A DNA stretch of 64,000 bases, from positions 1,240,001-1,304,000 of the forward strand of contig JASVEC010000002.1 of the NCBI GenBank assembly GCA_030770535.1, read 5' to 3'. Below are positions 1 to 18,500 of the stretch, piece by piece (the stretch's first letter is position 1; each line of letters starts with the position of its first letter). The translations under genes were made by a program, and so were the position numbers. The notes under the pieces were generated by a model. That model did not search any database. It saw nothing but the letters and a program-made list of their open reading frames with translations, and was not told the origin of the DNA. The DNA is from Batkoa obscura. Taxonomy: Eukaryota.

Positions 1-2694
1 TCCCATCGACGCAAAGATACTTTACTAGCATCAAAATCACCTTCTTTAGCACTGTGATCTCCACCTTTACCTTCACCTTGTACAACACGAGTGGCCCCCC
101 AAGAGAAATCATCAAAATGCCAGTAAGAATAAACTGGTAATATAAAGTTCCATACAGGTAAAGCTAAGAGATAAACAAACATCCATAAAACATAAATGAT
201 TTTACGAGAAGTAATTAAAATCAACAAAGCTGGTGAAAATAATACTAATAATAACATAACTAATGGTAATGAAGTAGCCAAACTATTAATTGTTGATGTA
301 GCTATGGTTCCTATCAATACAAAAGTCATAACAATTGCTACAGGTAATACAACAGTACCAATTAATTCCATAAAAATAACAAATTGCATTGAAAAACAAA
401 AGGTACCGCATAAATTTCTAACCAAAACTAATTCTAATAAATTGTGAATAGTCGAATTAATCCATCTTCTACGTTGAGATAATAAAACACTAAATTCATC
501 AGGAACAACAGTTTTGCAAATAGCTTGTGGAACAAACATCATTTTACGATTTGGGAAATTACGTAACATTAAAGTAGTTAAAAATCGATCTTCACCTAAT
601 AATAATAAATTCTTTTGATGTAATGTTTCTACTACATTTTGAGAATATTCTTGTACAATTTCAGGTTTAGTTATAATAGGTACCCAATCGGAATCTCCTT
701 TAGGTGCCTTTAATCGATACATACAAAAGCAACCTGGTAAACAAGTTACACCACCAAATACAGATTCAAAACCTTTACCAAGATGATGAGATATATAATA
801 TTCAAATACTTGAATACCGGTAACCCAAGAATCTCTTTTATTGGCTATTTTAGTTTCTCCACATAACCCCATAATTAATGGATCATTAATTAAACAATAA
901 GTTAATAATTTCAATGAATCAGGATAAACTTTAGTATCTGCATCTACCATTAATACTGTTTCAAAGTTATCAGGTGTGACTCCCATTAAATGATGGATTT
1001 TTCGAAATAAATCATAATCTAAAGGAGTCATACGTTCATTATAAATTACTCTTGAAAAAAAGTTCATTAGTATTAATTGAGAATCTCTTTTACCCCTATT
1101 TCCTGCTTTTGGTTTCCCATCTTCTTCAGCATTACCACATTTAATAATAACTAAAGTAGGTACACGATGAGATTTATAATTAAAATGACCAGCATAGACT
1201 TTAGCCCTATTATGTTGTTTGTGACCTGCTGCAACAGCAATATAGCTTTGCGGCTCAGGATCCGTAAAATTAGGATCTAACTCAATTAAATCTAAACAAA
1301 TATCTGGTGTAGATTTATCATTTCCAGAGCCAACAATGATACCATCCGCTACAATAAACAATAATTTTTTATCATCTGAATAATCGGTGCCAGCTAAAGA
1401 TTCAATAGTTGTACGCATTGAGGCTTCGCCTTCAGAATAACAGGTAACTAACATAATATTAAACAATTCATTAGGATCATCAGATATTCTACGTGGCGTT
1501 CCTTTTACACCCCATGGTGCTTGATTATTAGTAATTAAGGGACGACGAGAATTATTGTAAGGCCTTTTGGATAATCGATAAGAAATAAACCAATGGAATA
1601 CAAAAGCCATAGCAAAACGAGTGATGATGATTGAAAGAATAACAATTAAAGAAACGGTCATAAACATATCAACAGCAAAACAACCCACTTGGGCTTTTTG
1701 TAAATAACCCGTACCAAATTTTTGTTTTAAACAAGGAATTGTGTTTTTAATATCTGGATCTCTAAAAAAAAATTTAGTAGCATCTACACTACTGGCTAAT
1801 CTTACTGCTTGTTTAATGGCCATGTCTAAATCATCATAATATACATCTCCATCATAAATTTTTAAATATGCGCCAAAATCTAAAACGGCCCCATCAACAA
1901 CAACAATATTTTTATAAATATCATTCCAAGAAAAACCAGCCATAACATCTTGACCATCTACTTGAAATTTTTGTAAATTAAAATTGTCTGCTACTTGGTC
2001 AATGGAATCAAATATACATCTTCCTGTTAATCCATTATTCGTTGCACAATGCTTATAATTACTAACCGCATTATATATCTTTCCATTCAACTTACTTTGA
2101 ACTTTATCACATTCATCAAATTGATTTTCCGTAGGTTTAAAATAAGAAGTAATGTCTGGAAATTGGATTTCCCTTTCAAACGTTGGAAAATCAGGTGGGA
2201 ATTTAGCATCAGGTGCATTATAGATAAATTTATTAATAATATAATAACCAGGGTCTAAATCAATCATTAATATAAAAAAATACCAGTTAGTAACAAAAGA
2301 ACTTACAAGTAGGACCATTTCCACTCTGTGGATGAACAGGATATAATTTAGTATTTTGTTGAGAACCTAATTGTTTTCTAGTAGCATCATCACAAAACAC
2401 TTTAGGTAAAAAGAAAGTTAAAAACACAACTAAGCCGCAAATCAACATAATAATAAAACAAAGGGTCACTTTTTCTCTCCAAGCCTGGATTACATCAGGA
2501 GTTGGGAATCCTAATCTTCTTAATATAAAACTAGGAGCCCAAAAGGTTACTATTTGCGAAAAGATAACCCAACCATCAAATCGACTTCTATCTTTTTCTC
2601 CTAACATAGGAGTAGGGGCTGCAAATCGATCAGGTCGATTAAGTGTTTTTCCCCTTCGTAAGGTGCGTCCTCGTTGTACGAATTCAGAACTCAT
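1..2694 (-). CDS. Chitin synthase (division II, class IV/V-like, no myosin motor domain), 3' end runs off the window
   Basis: Exon 1 2694-2307; GT-AG intron 2306-2255 with ACTAAC branch site; long exon 2 encodes the hallmark motifs LGEDRFL (~600) and SQRRRW (~460-480), then C-terminal TM helices. Confidence 0.95.
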
Positions 2695-4176
2695 TAAAAT
2701 TGATTGAGTGGTCTAAGAGTATAGATAAGATAAGATACAATAAAGAATAATATAAAAACAAATGAGAGGTGTTGGATTAACTTGTTATCTTTTTATAATA
2801 AAAATCTTTTTGTTTATATACAATTGATAAGGTTAATTGCTAATAAGTTTTATAGAAAAATAAAATAAACTAGCAAAAAAAAGAATAAAATGATAAAGAT
2901 TGTTATAAAAAAGATAATTAATTATTTAGCTTCTTTTTTTTATAAAGGAGAAATTATTAAATATTTTAAAAAATTTATTAATTAGTGTTGTATTATTTTA
3001 AGGGTTACCGCTACTCATGCCTAGAAAACTTTAATCTAAATTTAGGTGGTTGGAATTCAATTCTTAGATAGCCAATCAATTTTAAATTCATAGCACTTAA
3101 TTGGTTATTTTCTTGAACCTCCCCACTCATTAGCATTCCTATCCAAAATATGAATTTTTTTCAAAAAATGACCTTGAGCCAATTAACTGCTATCTTAATA
3201 TTGCTTACTACTGTTAAGGAAATATTTAAATTTAACAAAGAGAAACCAAAGTCAATAACGGACTATTATTGGTGGAGAGAAGTTTTATCCATTGATTTAA
3301 AGTAAATCATGAAAGTTGGAAATAGTGGCTCTTTTAAAAATATATTCTATTTTTAACATTATGCTTAGAATGAAGCTTTTGAAATAATGGAGTTAAATTT
3401 GCACTTTCGGACAAATTTTTTTTAGTATTACTAAAAATAAGTTACAATGAAAAAGTGTATTAATATTTTATATAATTTAATGACAGTTATAAATCGATGT
3501 TTTCATAGTTTTCACCTCCATGAATCATAGGTTTTTTAAATAAAATAAAATAAAATATTAGTTTTATAAATATAATAAACAAATCTTTTTAGGATCAGCT
3601 TATAAAATAAGTTTGAATACAAATTTGGTTTTTTTGCTTTAAATAAAACCATTAATGTTTAAAGCCAATCATTAGATGATGGGTATATTGTTGTTCTATT
3701 CTGCTATTAAAATGATTTAAATAAAATTCTTCTCACATAATCTGATAGCCTCATAAAGTAAATGTTACTATGAAGTGCGATTTTGCTGATACTGTATTAA
3801 CACTTAATTTGTTAGCGTTCAAATTATATGAGAGAAATTACATTTGAACTGGTACAATAATAACACAAGAAAATTCTATTTTTTAAATAGATGGAACATT
3901 GCTTTTTGGTTTAAAGTTCATAAATTTCAATGAAGTCGATTTTGTTGATTTGATCAAATAAGTTCTATACCAAAAAGAATAAAATGAAAAAGACAAGATG
4001 TTTTAAATGAAAAATAAAATTTTGATTTAATAGAAGTTAATTTCAATAATAAATTAATAAAATGAGATAATTCCATAATTTATTATAATAAAATGAAATA
4101 TAGATTAAAGTTAGTGAAATAATTTGGCATTCTATTATACTAATTTTTAAAAAGCACAAAAATCAAATAAACATAT

Positions 4177-4270
4177 GGGGTATTTTTTTAGTCTCATCAC
4201 TTTTTCTTCTCAAGTGCTATTTGAGTGGAAAATTTGTTAGTAAAATCCTTAAATGCAAAAACGCATCCTC
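4177..4270 (-). mobile_element. MITE family A copy
   Basis: GGGGTATTTTTT...GCTATTTGAGTGGAAAATTTGTTAGTAAAATCCTTAAA...CATCCTC matches the family consensus in reverse. Confidence 0.8.
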
Positions 4271-4976
4271 TATGATAAAACAAATGTGATTCAAATATGC
4301 TTAAAATCAACTGATTTTAGGACTAATAAATTGAACATACTAAATTAAAACTCATAAACTCACAGCTAAAATTGAACTTAATGAACAAACGATTAAGAAA
4401 TTGGCATATTTAATCTAGCTATAGTACTATTGTTCCACTATCACTTTTTAATACAATGCAATAACATAATCATTCCTCCTTAATTTTCGCCTATCAATTA
4501 AAATCCTGAAATCAATTAAAGGGTCTAATTTATAATAATGAACTTGAACTCCCTAATACCATCTGCTTAGTGTGTTTAAGTTCAGATACAATATAATTAC
4601 TATTTATTTAAGAATAAAATTTAAAGGTCAAGGCTCCAAATTGCGATAAAACTGATTGTTTATTATAAAAACTACTGCTAATCAAGTTATATTCATCTTA
4701 AACATATTTAAAGAATCTTGAACATTAACTCCAAGCATGAATAACCTGTGCAGAACTTGGATAAAGTGGTTCACCGAGTTAATTTGTGGATAAAACATAA
4801 TTGGTTAGAAGCTTTAAAATGACCTCATTTAACTGCCAAGTTATCTAAAAATAGTAGTAGCTAAGGGTTTATTTTTAGATTGTAAGCTTATAATTCTTCA
4901 AAAGATCTGTTTATAAAACATAAATTTTTAAATTTCTTTTATTAAACTTTTTCTTTACATTTTACTAATATTTAAT

Positions 4977-5837
4977 ATGTTGTATACTAAATTAGTATTC
5001 TTATTTTTTATTGTTTTAGCTATTGTTGCTCAAAGCTCAGGTAGTTTAAATAATATAAAATATATTTAATTAAATAACTAATAATTTTCTAAAGGCTCTG
5101 AATCAAAAAGTGCTTCCAAAACCGATGATTCAGGTTCTAAAACTGATGATCCTAAAGCTAGTGAAACTAAAACTGACGATAAATCTAAAGCTACTGATAT
5201 CAAAGACAAACAAACAGATTCTAAATCCGATGACAAAGACAGTACTAAAACAAAGGACGACAAAGCAAGTGAAACTTCAGATAAATCCGACAGTGATAAA
5301 AGCTCAAAGAGTGATAGTTCTAAATCAAGCAGTGATCCAAAAGCAACTGATAAACCATCAGCAAGAGCGATGATTACTATCATGGAACCTAGATATAATA
5401 ATGATGTTAAAGGTTCTAGTGTACCATTAAAAAAAAATATTAAGTTTAAATGGATCTTTTCGAATACACCATATGAAAATCCAAAGAAACTTAATATTTC
5501 CCTTGTTCAAAAGAGAGCTGGAGGTAATGCTAAATATGACATTGCTACTATCCCTGGTACTGATAAAGAATTCGAATGGAAAGTTAAAGATTATGTTCCC
5601 GAAGATAATGAGAATGGTATCTTCCTTAAAGCGGGATCTGAAAATATGGTTCAAATTTTTATCCATGATTCAGAAACCAAATACGACACTTTAAATCCAG
5701 GTAAAAAAATTAGACCTGGCCCTAGAAATCTTGTGTTTTATCAACCAATGGATTTAGATAATACTTTCACTGATAATGCTAACCTTGCAGTCCCTTCCTT
5801 AGCTTTATTAGCTTTATCTTCATTGGTTTTATTATAG
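4977..5837 (+). CDS. Secreted, probably GPI-anchored cell-surface protein with S/D/K/T-rich low-complexity linker (~268 aa)
   Basis: Exon 1 4977-5040 encodes signal peptide MLYTKLVFLFFIVLAIVAQ; intron 5041-5094; exon 2 5095-5837 in frame with ORF 5370-5837; KTDD/SD repeats; hydrophobic C-terminus LAVPSLALLALSSLVLL. Confidence 0.8.
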
Positions 5838-6055
5838 TAAATTAATCTCACTTAAAATCTGATTTAGTAGTATTCTAATATTATACTAATAAATAAATAA
5901 TAAAATAACATTTAATTATATATTAACTTTACAATATTTTGAATATCTTTTTCCTTTTCATTTATTTTTCTATATTTTAAACTGAAACTTAGTCAATTAG
6001 TTAAATTAATTATAATCACAGTAAACATGCCCAAGTAGTTAAGTTATATTTTAAT

Positions 6056-10258
<4,203 letters not shown>

Positions 10259-10552
10259 TTAAAAAGAAAACAAAAATCATCATTTGAGTAAAGTTTCATT
10301 ATTTGCCATTTTTGTAATTTCAGCATAGTTTTGGTATGCAAAAATAGTAATGATTTTAGTTAAAAATTGAACATTATCAAGGTGTATGAAGTATAATAAA
10401 TATAAAAAAGGCTCTATAATAAAAATTACTATAGCTTATATCTGTGATCTTAAAAATAATAAAGACCAATAGTCGAAACAAAAAGCATATCAGCTTAAAT
10501 AATTTAATTTAATAGCCTTATTCAATATACATAAACCAAAAGCAGTGAACAC

Positions 10553-10984
10553 TTAAAACTTAAAGATATGATCAATATTTTGTTCCATAAACTGAATAAG
10601 GGCATCAATTTTATTTTGGACTATTTCTAGTTTGATAAAATTTTACTTTTAGTTTAATATGGTAATCTAAACTTACCTTTTTCATGTGTCAATTCTTTGA
10701 TTTTCCTAAGGTTATTATTTAGTTCCCTTTCATACTCTGAGTTCTGCTGTTGAAGAAATTGAAATAAAGTAGTACAGAATGTTTGCATGCTTCCTCCCAT
10801 CTTATCTAAAATATCTTTTTACATATTTATAGTAACTTATGATGCAAAAAGTTAATTTTAAATTACCTCCTAGTTGGTCTTGTATTTTTTTTGATTGATC
10901 TTGAGCTTCACTAAGTAAATTCATAACGGCTTGTTCTTCTTCTGTTGAGTTGATATTATTCATTTCGTGTTGATTGTTATTCAT
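10553..10984 (-). CDS. Small coiled-coil protein of unknown function (~106 aa, 3 exons)
   Basis: Exons 10984-10867, 10805-10677 and 10626-10553 splice in frame at GT-AG sites: MNNNQHEM...QDQLGDKMGGSMQTFCTTLFQFLQQQNSEYERELNNNLRKIKELTHEKEIVQNKIDALIQFMEQNIDHIFKF. Confidence 0.65.
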
Positions 10985-11289
10985 TTGAATTTAACTTTAG
11001 ATTTGAAAAAGGTAAAAGGGTAGAAAATACTAAATTCTATCTTAGTTATTTAAAAAAATGCATTAATTAATCGAAGTATGTCATTAATAAAATAAAAAAC
11101 CCTTTACGAAACAAATAACAGATTGAATTGTTTATTACGAATTTTTACTTAGAACTTTAATTTATTAATAATAATAATTTTAAAAAAGGAACGAATTTCT
11201 AGTGATCATAACTCATAAAGACGGACTTAATTTCTCTTCTACCTTTAAAACTTAACAACTTTGAATAGTGTAATTGCTAGGTCTGTTTA

Positions 11290-14213
11290 TTAAGCTTGTC
11301 CTGTAGCTGGATCAGCATTAAGTTGTGGATGTTGATTATTATTATTATTATCATTTGCTTCGTTAGCCTCATCTTCTGCCAATTCCTCTTCCACTTGTTC
11401 CCTAGCTAAATTACGATTATTATTGTTTCCCATCCCAAATTGCCTAATATAAACAAGCCAACCAACAAATAAACATAGGATAAGTATTATATAATTCTCT
11501 GGCTTTGATTTTGAATTGATATCCATATGGCTTTCAGTTTCATAATCATGATGAAGTTCACTCCATACTTGATTTTGGTTTTCATCATTTGTGTCTTCAT
11601 TCATATTGTTTTCTTTAGGATCCTGTATCTGTTCTTGTTTTGCATTGTAATTATTTGCCCCTGTCGATAATAATATTTCTCTCAAATTTAATTTTGCGTC
11701 CCCATTAAAAAAATTCTTAAGCTTCTCCAATATATTTTTAATCCTCAATTTAAATAATGACAAATTAACCGGTAAGACTGCTTTAGAGTTACTAACAAGA
11801 GATTGATCATACCATCTCTTAGCAAGGTGGAAATCCTTTAAAATAAATTATTGTTATGCTAATATTAGTATAGTTTAGTTTATTACCTTTGGTAGACCTA
11901 TTCCATATTCATACATCCACCCAATATTCCACATTGCTAAAGCATCATAATGTTTTTCAGCTGCATTTTGATAACAGACAGCTGCTTTGGCATAATCTGG
12001 GTTACTTAATCCCCATCCATAAAAGTAATAATCCCCTTGTTTTACTCTACTATCTGGATTACCTTGATTGGCTGATCGTGTCCAATAAGTCAAGGCTAAT
12101 TCATAATTAGGCTGTATTGCTGAACCTTGTACTTTATTTTTGTCATTATTTTCATTATTTATATTTACTAATTTATATTTAGCTAAAGATGTAAATAAAT
12201 ATTATATACTTATATATTGAAAGAATTTACCTTGATCAATAATCCATGCTACATTTTCTTGAGCTATCTCTATACCTGACTCTGCGGCAATTATATAATG
12301 AATAAGTGCCGTTTCTATTTCTCCTCTTTTATAATGGTGATAGCCCATACTCATATGATCAAGATCCCATACTCCTCTTTCAGCTACGGATTTGAATAAA
12401 GGTACTGCTAATGTACATGAATGGAGTGAAAATAATTCATTAGCATAATAGTTTGCTAAATGATAACTACCAAGGAAATTTTTTTGCTTTGCAGCTTCCA
12501 AGAAATACCTAAAGGCTTTTTCATGCTTTTCGTTTTCCATTTCAATTAAGCCAAGCTCTACAAGGGCTTCACTATCTCCTAAAGCCAATGCTGCACTAGT
12601 CAAATAAGCTAATCCAGTATCATAGGCCTGTTTAAAATGATTAAATATTTGATATGCTATTAAAATAATCAAACTACCTTTTTGTCATTTTTGTTTTCAA
12701 GTAACAATTTTGCAGTCCAATAAGTTGCCGTTGGATTTTTCTAAATAAGATTATTCCTTATACTCATTTACTTGTATTAAAATCACTTACCAATTTCCTT
12801 CCTTTTTCAAAATGCTTCTTTGCGGTACCTTTAGAAACAGCTACACCTTCACCCCGGAGATACATTAATCCAAGCAAGGCATAGGCATTACCAACGTCCC
12901 TTTTTTGTTCATCAGTCCAAGCTTCCTCAGGTCCAAGGGAAGGGATATAATCCATGACTTGATTTAAATATTTTCTAGCGCTTGCAACGTTACGTTCCAC
13001 GATTTTATTCCCATAATAGTGAACAGAAGCAAGATAATAGGTGGCTTGTAAGCTACCAGAAGAAGAAAGAAAAACATTGTACTCAATAACTTCATTAAAC
13101 CCTTGTTGTTGAGCTTCTCTTCCTTTGTTACTAAGGTCTTCCAATTTATTACCAAAAACACCCCCTTCAAAATCTGATAAGCGAACAGGTCTGGGTGGGA
13201 ATGATTTTCCACCTGGAGGCCCAGAAAGAAATTTTTGAACCGCTTTTTCAAATAATTATATATTTACGTTTTGAAAAAAAATGTATTACCTTCTGCTGCT
13301 GCACTTTTATAGTATTCTAAAGCAACATTACATGACTTTGGTGCAGAAATACCATTGAAATAACGATACCCTAATACTAACCTAGAGCCAGGATTATCGG
13401 ATCTAGCAGAAAAGGTATGATATAACATTGACTAATCAAGGATCAAACGGTTCATTTTAAGTTGAATAAATTACTTACCAGTCCAAGGTCTTTTTCAATG
13501 CCCCCAATTCCAGTAGAATAAATAATACCAAGCAAATGTTGTGCTTTATGGTTTCCATTCAAATCCGACAGCTTCTTAAAATAGTTGACTGCTTTTGTAA
13601 TATTCCTGGGATGGGAATAAGAAGAGAACTATCAAATTTTAATATACAATAAAAAAGCGAATAAACAAAACTACCAAATTCATAGCCCCGAGCATATAGA
13701 TACTATCAGGGTGGTCCAATTCATAAGCCTCCATCAGTTTTGTAGTAACCTTTTTAAGAAATGGGTCTTTAATTTCATCTTCTACTTTCTTTTGGTCATC
13801 ATTTTCTTTATTTCCATTCTTATTAAAAGCAGAGCGAATAGCATTTTGAATAAGATTAACCGACAAACTTAATATCCCAGATTCTGAAGGCTCAATCTCT
13901 TCGCTATTGACTGCTGGATCAAAACTATGTTTCCTTTCCAAGTTACGCTGGTTCAACATCTTTAATGCCTCTTTGTATAACATATCTCCTGATTTTACGC
14001 TGTCCTCAAGTTGATCTTGATTTTCATTCTGATTATTGTTCTAGTATAAAAGTGAGTTTCAATTTCGTTTATTAAATCAAAAAAATTAAACTTTAATCGA
14101 AATTTCTCAATAAGTCTAAAAAAATAAGATACCTTCGAAGCAATAACACTAAGACTTAGTAACAGAATACACAGACATCTAAGTGCCCATCTACTTAATT
14201 TCAATAAAAGCAT
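11290..14213 (-). CDS. HRD3: ERAD component Hrd3/SEL1L (Sel1 repeats, signal peptide, C-terminal TM)
   Basis: Signal peptide; multiple Sel1 repeats (RVKQGDYYFYGWG, AMWNIGWMYEYGIG, DFHLAKRWYD, AQENVAWI); TM segment YIILILCLFVGWLVYI. Confidence 0.9.
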
Positions 14214-14306
14214 CTTTAGTTCAATCCTTATTGATTAAATCTCTCTCTTTTTATCTTAGTCGTGAAATAAAGCAAAACTTCGTTAATAATCTGTTTTTAT
14301 TTTTTT

Positions 14307-14315
14307 GCCACGTAA
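14307..14315 (-). promoter_or_regulatory. Putative UPR element (Hac1/XBP1-type ACGTGGC) upstream of HRD3
   Basis: GCCACGTAA (= TTACGTGGC) ~95 bp upstream of the HRD3 ATG, in otherwise very AT-rich DNA; contains the yeast UPRE-2 core TACGTG. Confidence 0.4.
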
Positions 14316-14639
14316 ATTTTTAGTACTGAACTTTATAAAATATTATGATTTAATTGGCTAAAACCTTAAACTTAGATGGTATTTGAGATGTTGTTTGATT
14401 GATTTTGCTTTAAAACAACTATGCCACTTTAGTAAATTTCATTTAAGCTATAAATTATTACCAAGATCATAGTCCAGTATCAAAGTTTTTATCTATTATC
14501 ATTCATGATGACATTATTTTGGTAATAAATAGAGTTTCTCTATTGAAAATTGTATAGCAAAAACTTTTTTGCTTCAAATATTCACTTTTTAACTTAAAGA
14601 AAAACATCAATTAAATTAATAAAAACACATTCATAATAT

Positions 14640-14731
14640 GAGGATTTTTTTTGTTTCATTACTTTTTCCATTTTTTAAACGCTATTTAAGTGGAAAAGCT
14701 ATCAGTAGAATTCTTAAAAAAATATATCCCT
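14640..14731 (-). mobile_element. MITE family A copy
   Basis: GAGGATTTTTTT...CATTACTTTTTCCATTTTTTAAACGCTATTTAAGTGGAAAA...TATCCC. Confidence 0.75.
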
Positions 14732-14917
14732 AATATACATCAAGTTAATTAATATTTATTGATAATAGTTAAAAACGCTTTATTAGTAATTACTTAAGAT
14801 TTAAAATTGATTTTATTACTAGTAAAATATGAAAGTAAAACATTGATTTAATTTTGTTATATAGTATAGAATATGAAAGACAGCTTTGTGAAAGAGTTTG
14901 TGTATAAAAATTCAAAT

Positions 14918-15012
14918 GGAAATATATTTTTCTGTTCAGGGGCTTTACTGATAGCTTTTCCACTCAAATAGCGCTTAAAAAATAGAAAAAGCGATGAAAC
15001 AAAAAAAACTTC
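14918..15012 (+). mobile_element. MITE family A copy, TSD AAAT
   Basis: Core TTTTCCACTCAAATAGCGCTTAAAAAATAGAAAAAG; AAAT on both sides. Confidence 0.75.
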
Positions 15013-15405
15013 AAATGTGTAATCAAACTTGAAATTGTTTACAATAATAATTCATTTATTGGACCTAATCGTGGTGTTAATGATAGAAATAAAGTAGAAA
15101 GACCAATCATAAATAAAGAAAATGAATCAACTAATTTAACTTGATATAAGCTTACGGTTGGAGTTGAATTAAGAGAAGAAACCTGATTTGATTCTATAAG
15201 CTCTACATCCATTATACTGGTACATGGGTAAATAGTAATAATATATAATAATATACCGTGTCATTTTTTCGTATGGAAACAATGTATATAGTATAAAAAA
15301 TATCACATGACTGTAGAGAAGTTTTGACAAGTTTTTAAGGTCAAGTCTTCTCTTTGTTTTACCATTAGAAAAAGGATTATAATTGTAGCGACTCTAATAC
15401 TATAT

Positions 15406-15503
15406 GGGGATGTATTTTTGTATTTAAGAATTTTACTGACAATTTTTCCACATAAATAGCGCTTAAAAAATGGAAAAATAATGAAACTAAAAAAAACAGC
15501 CCC
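15406..15503 (+). mobile_element. MITE family A copy, TSD ATAT
   Basis: ATAT-GGGGATGTATTTTTG...AAAAAAACAGCCCC-ATAT. Confidence 0.9.
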
Positions 15504-18500
15504 ATATGGTTTATAAAAATCTACAATTCCACACTCTAAAAAAAGATCTAACAAAAATATTAGAGTGTTTTTTAAATGCAATTTAGAGGTAAAATTATCA
15601 ATAAAATTATTAAAAATACATCCCAATATAAAAATTGAAATTAATTTAAAATTACACTTAACTATAACAGAGGGAAACTTAGTTAAATCTACTGTTGAAA
15701 TATCGCAAAAGAATAAAAAACTTAAATTTATTTAATAAATACTACTCTTATCTTTTATATTATATGCTACACATCAAAGAACATTTAAGTATTTAACTGG
15801 TTATAAAAGCTTTATTTTTAAAACATCTACTATCTTTTTAAAAAGTAATTTCTTTTATTTTAACTAATCCTATAATTAAATAATAATATATTACAAGAAC
15901 TAAAACTAAAACTAATAGAAATAGTAAAACATTACTTAAATATTTGTTTTTATTACAAAATACTATATTTACTTTCAGGATAAAAAATATAAATAGTTAA
16001 GATAAAACATAAGATGAAAAATAACGCAATTTCATCTTTATTATTTCATCTTCCCTATCTGCCGTAACTACTTTATATTAGTTTTTGATTTTTTGTGTTT
16101 ATAAATAAAGTTATTTAAATCTTGAAAAGAAATAAGCCTACTAAATGGCTTATTAACTAAAGACAAAAACGTGGCTAAAAGTTGATGTGAGTAGAAGAGT
16201 TGAAAATAGTAGGGAGGAAAACAGTTTAAGTCCGATTGTAGTGGCTTTTGACTGAATCAGTCGAAAAGCAACATTTTTATCTTTATGCTCAAATTTATAA
16301 AAGTTTGTTATAAATGAGATGAAATAAGAGCTAAGGGGATGTAGAAAGGTTATTGAAAGAGAGCTTATAGTATTAAAATGTACGATCCAAAGCTTGATTA
16401 GATAATAAGGGATTGGGGCCAAGGTAAAGAATAATGAAAGGTATTTGCTCTCTTAAATCTAAAAAACAACTTAAAACAATAACTCAAAACTATTTGTTAA
16501 GCTATTAAATACAATATATATGATAAACATCATTTTACTATAAATGCTCATTTACAAAATAAAAACTTTGAATTTCCGGTTTCATTTACGTAATATTTTA
16601 TGAAATACTTGGTATTCATAAAAGAGTTGCCTTATTTTTTAATTGATTAATAGGTTTTGTCCAAGCAACGTAATTGTATATAAATACATACTACTTTTAT
16701 AAAAGTTATATAGATTTTCACTGATATTGATTATATATTTCAGCTTTTAGTTTTTGTTAATAAATGAATGATTTTTTTAATAGTAAAAAATAAAATAAAT
16801 ACTTTTGATTTAAAGTAAAATAATAAGTGTCGTTAATAAAATAAAAAACTACTGTTTTGTTAAATTCTTCAATTTATTAATTTTGGGTTTATTTTTACAC
16901 CAAAATATTTAGAAAGCCGTTATTTCAAAAATATACGAAATAGTCATTTACGAACTTATATTTTTTCTACTTTAATTAAATATTTTCAATTATTTGCCAA
17001 ATTTAGTAATAAATTATTTATAAATACAATTAATGGTTTTTTAAGTATTATAAATGAATCAATTCTATAACTTAAACCAAAAAATGCTTATCTTTATTTT
17101 GAGTTAATAAGTCTATTAATGAACAACATCTCCATACGTGTTTGGTAATAGAAACCAAGTAAAAATAAGCTAAAAAGATTATAGAGATTTTATAATTTTA
17201 AACCTAAAAGCCAACATTAATAAAATGTGCTCATATATTCGAAATCAAAAGTAGTTATATTAAAAAAGTTATTTAGCAAGATTTCGGTTAAATTAATTGA
17301 ACATTTTTCTAAATAATTATAATGCGGTTATGATTATTGATATTAAAATAAAAAGTATAGTTATGATGACAGAAGATATGTCGTATTTTTAGACATCTGC
17401 GTTTTGCCTTTTAAAGCATGATAAGATTTCATCTTATTACCTCATAAGCTCTATCTATATTATTCCTTTTTTAACATTATCTGCCTCATTTCCTTCCATA
17501 AAAAAAGGCGTTTGAGAACATACAGGCTCTTTCAAAGTTAAAGAAACATTTTGGTAGTTGTTCTATTTCCCATATCTATATGGATTTTATAACTAATTAA
17601 TAAATGTATTGAATAATAATAAGTAACTCTGAAAACTTGCTTATTATTATCCCTTAGTATTATAAAATGATTTCATTTTAACGAAATTTATTAATTGTCA
17701 TGTTAAAGCGATGCTCCAAAATATATACTTGAGCTCTTTACAAGTTATTTTAACTATTTTTAGTTGTATTTGAGTTTTATGTTTAACAAACTTGCTAAGA
17801 GAATTTCAAAAGAATGAAATATTTTAATTTAATTAAGATAATACCATCTATAAAATAGTAACGCTTTAATAATACTCAATTAAAGAACAACATTTTTGGT
17901 CATGCAATAATGATTTAATGTACAAATACAATATTAATAAACCATGGTTTTGGCTTTAACCCTTATTGATAATTGAATTATTAACTTTTCAATCTTCAAA
18001 GCAAAATATAAAAGTGTTCAAATAAAAATTAAAAACATCAAGATTTGTACTAAAAAGCAGAGAGAAGATAGAATTGGGAATTTTAATATTATCTAAATGT
18101 ATATGATCTTATTTCTGTTAATTTAAATATTCTTTTTCAACTATTAGATTTACAAAGTAAGCATAGAGTTAAAGAGGTAAGGCATCCGTATATAAATAAA
18201 TCGATTTCTTTTTTAGTAGATGAGTTAAAAGTAGATAAACAAAAATGGCAAACTACAATAATAAAATAAATTTAGGATAAATAAAAATATCTTAATATAG
18301 ACAATTGAATAAAGGGTAAATTGAAGCTTGATAATATGAGTTAGTTTAAAAGCTCGGGTTAAATTAAATACTAAATACTACAATTCTTCTGTCTTTTGCT
18401 TAGTTTTAAAATAATACATATTATGATGTTTTTTATCTGGCTTTGTTTAATAGCTTTTTTAGAGTTTTATGTTATATAAGAAATGAATAAAAAGTGAAAT

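Noticed and set aside
196..447. Antisense or alternate-frame ORFs (also 2049, 5078, 5427, 6669, 7573, 32892, 37977, 44089, 56460, 58622, 63184)
   Set aside because: Shadows of real genes or pseudogenes on the opposite strand or frame, with no motif support
15303..15626. 107-aa ORF; similar ORFs at 36113-36343, 42982-43335 and 51625-51891 share peptide fragments
   Set aside because: The shared peptides come from reading through MITE family A copies; not a gene family
16153..16422. 89-aa ORF as a gene or LINE fragment
   Set aside because: Non-ATG start, no recognisable motif or splice structure
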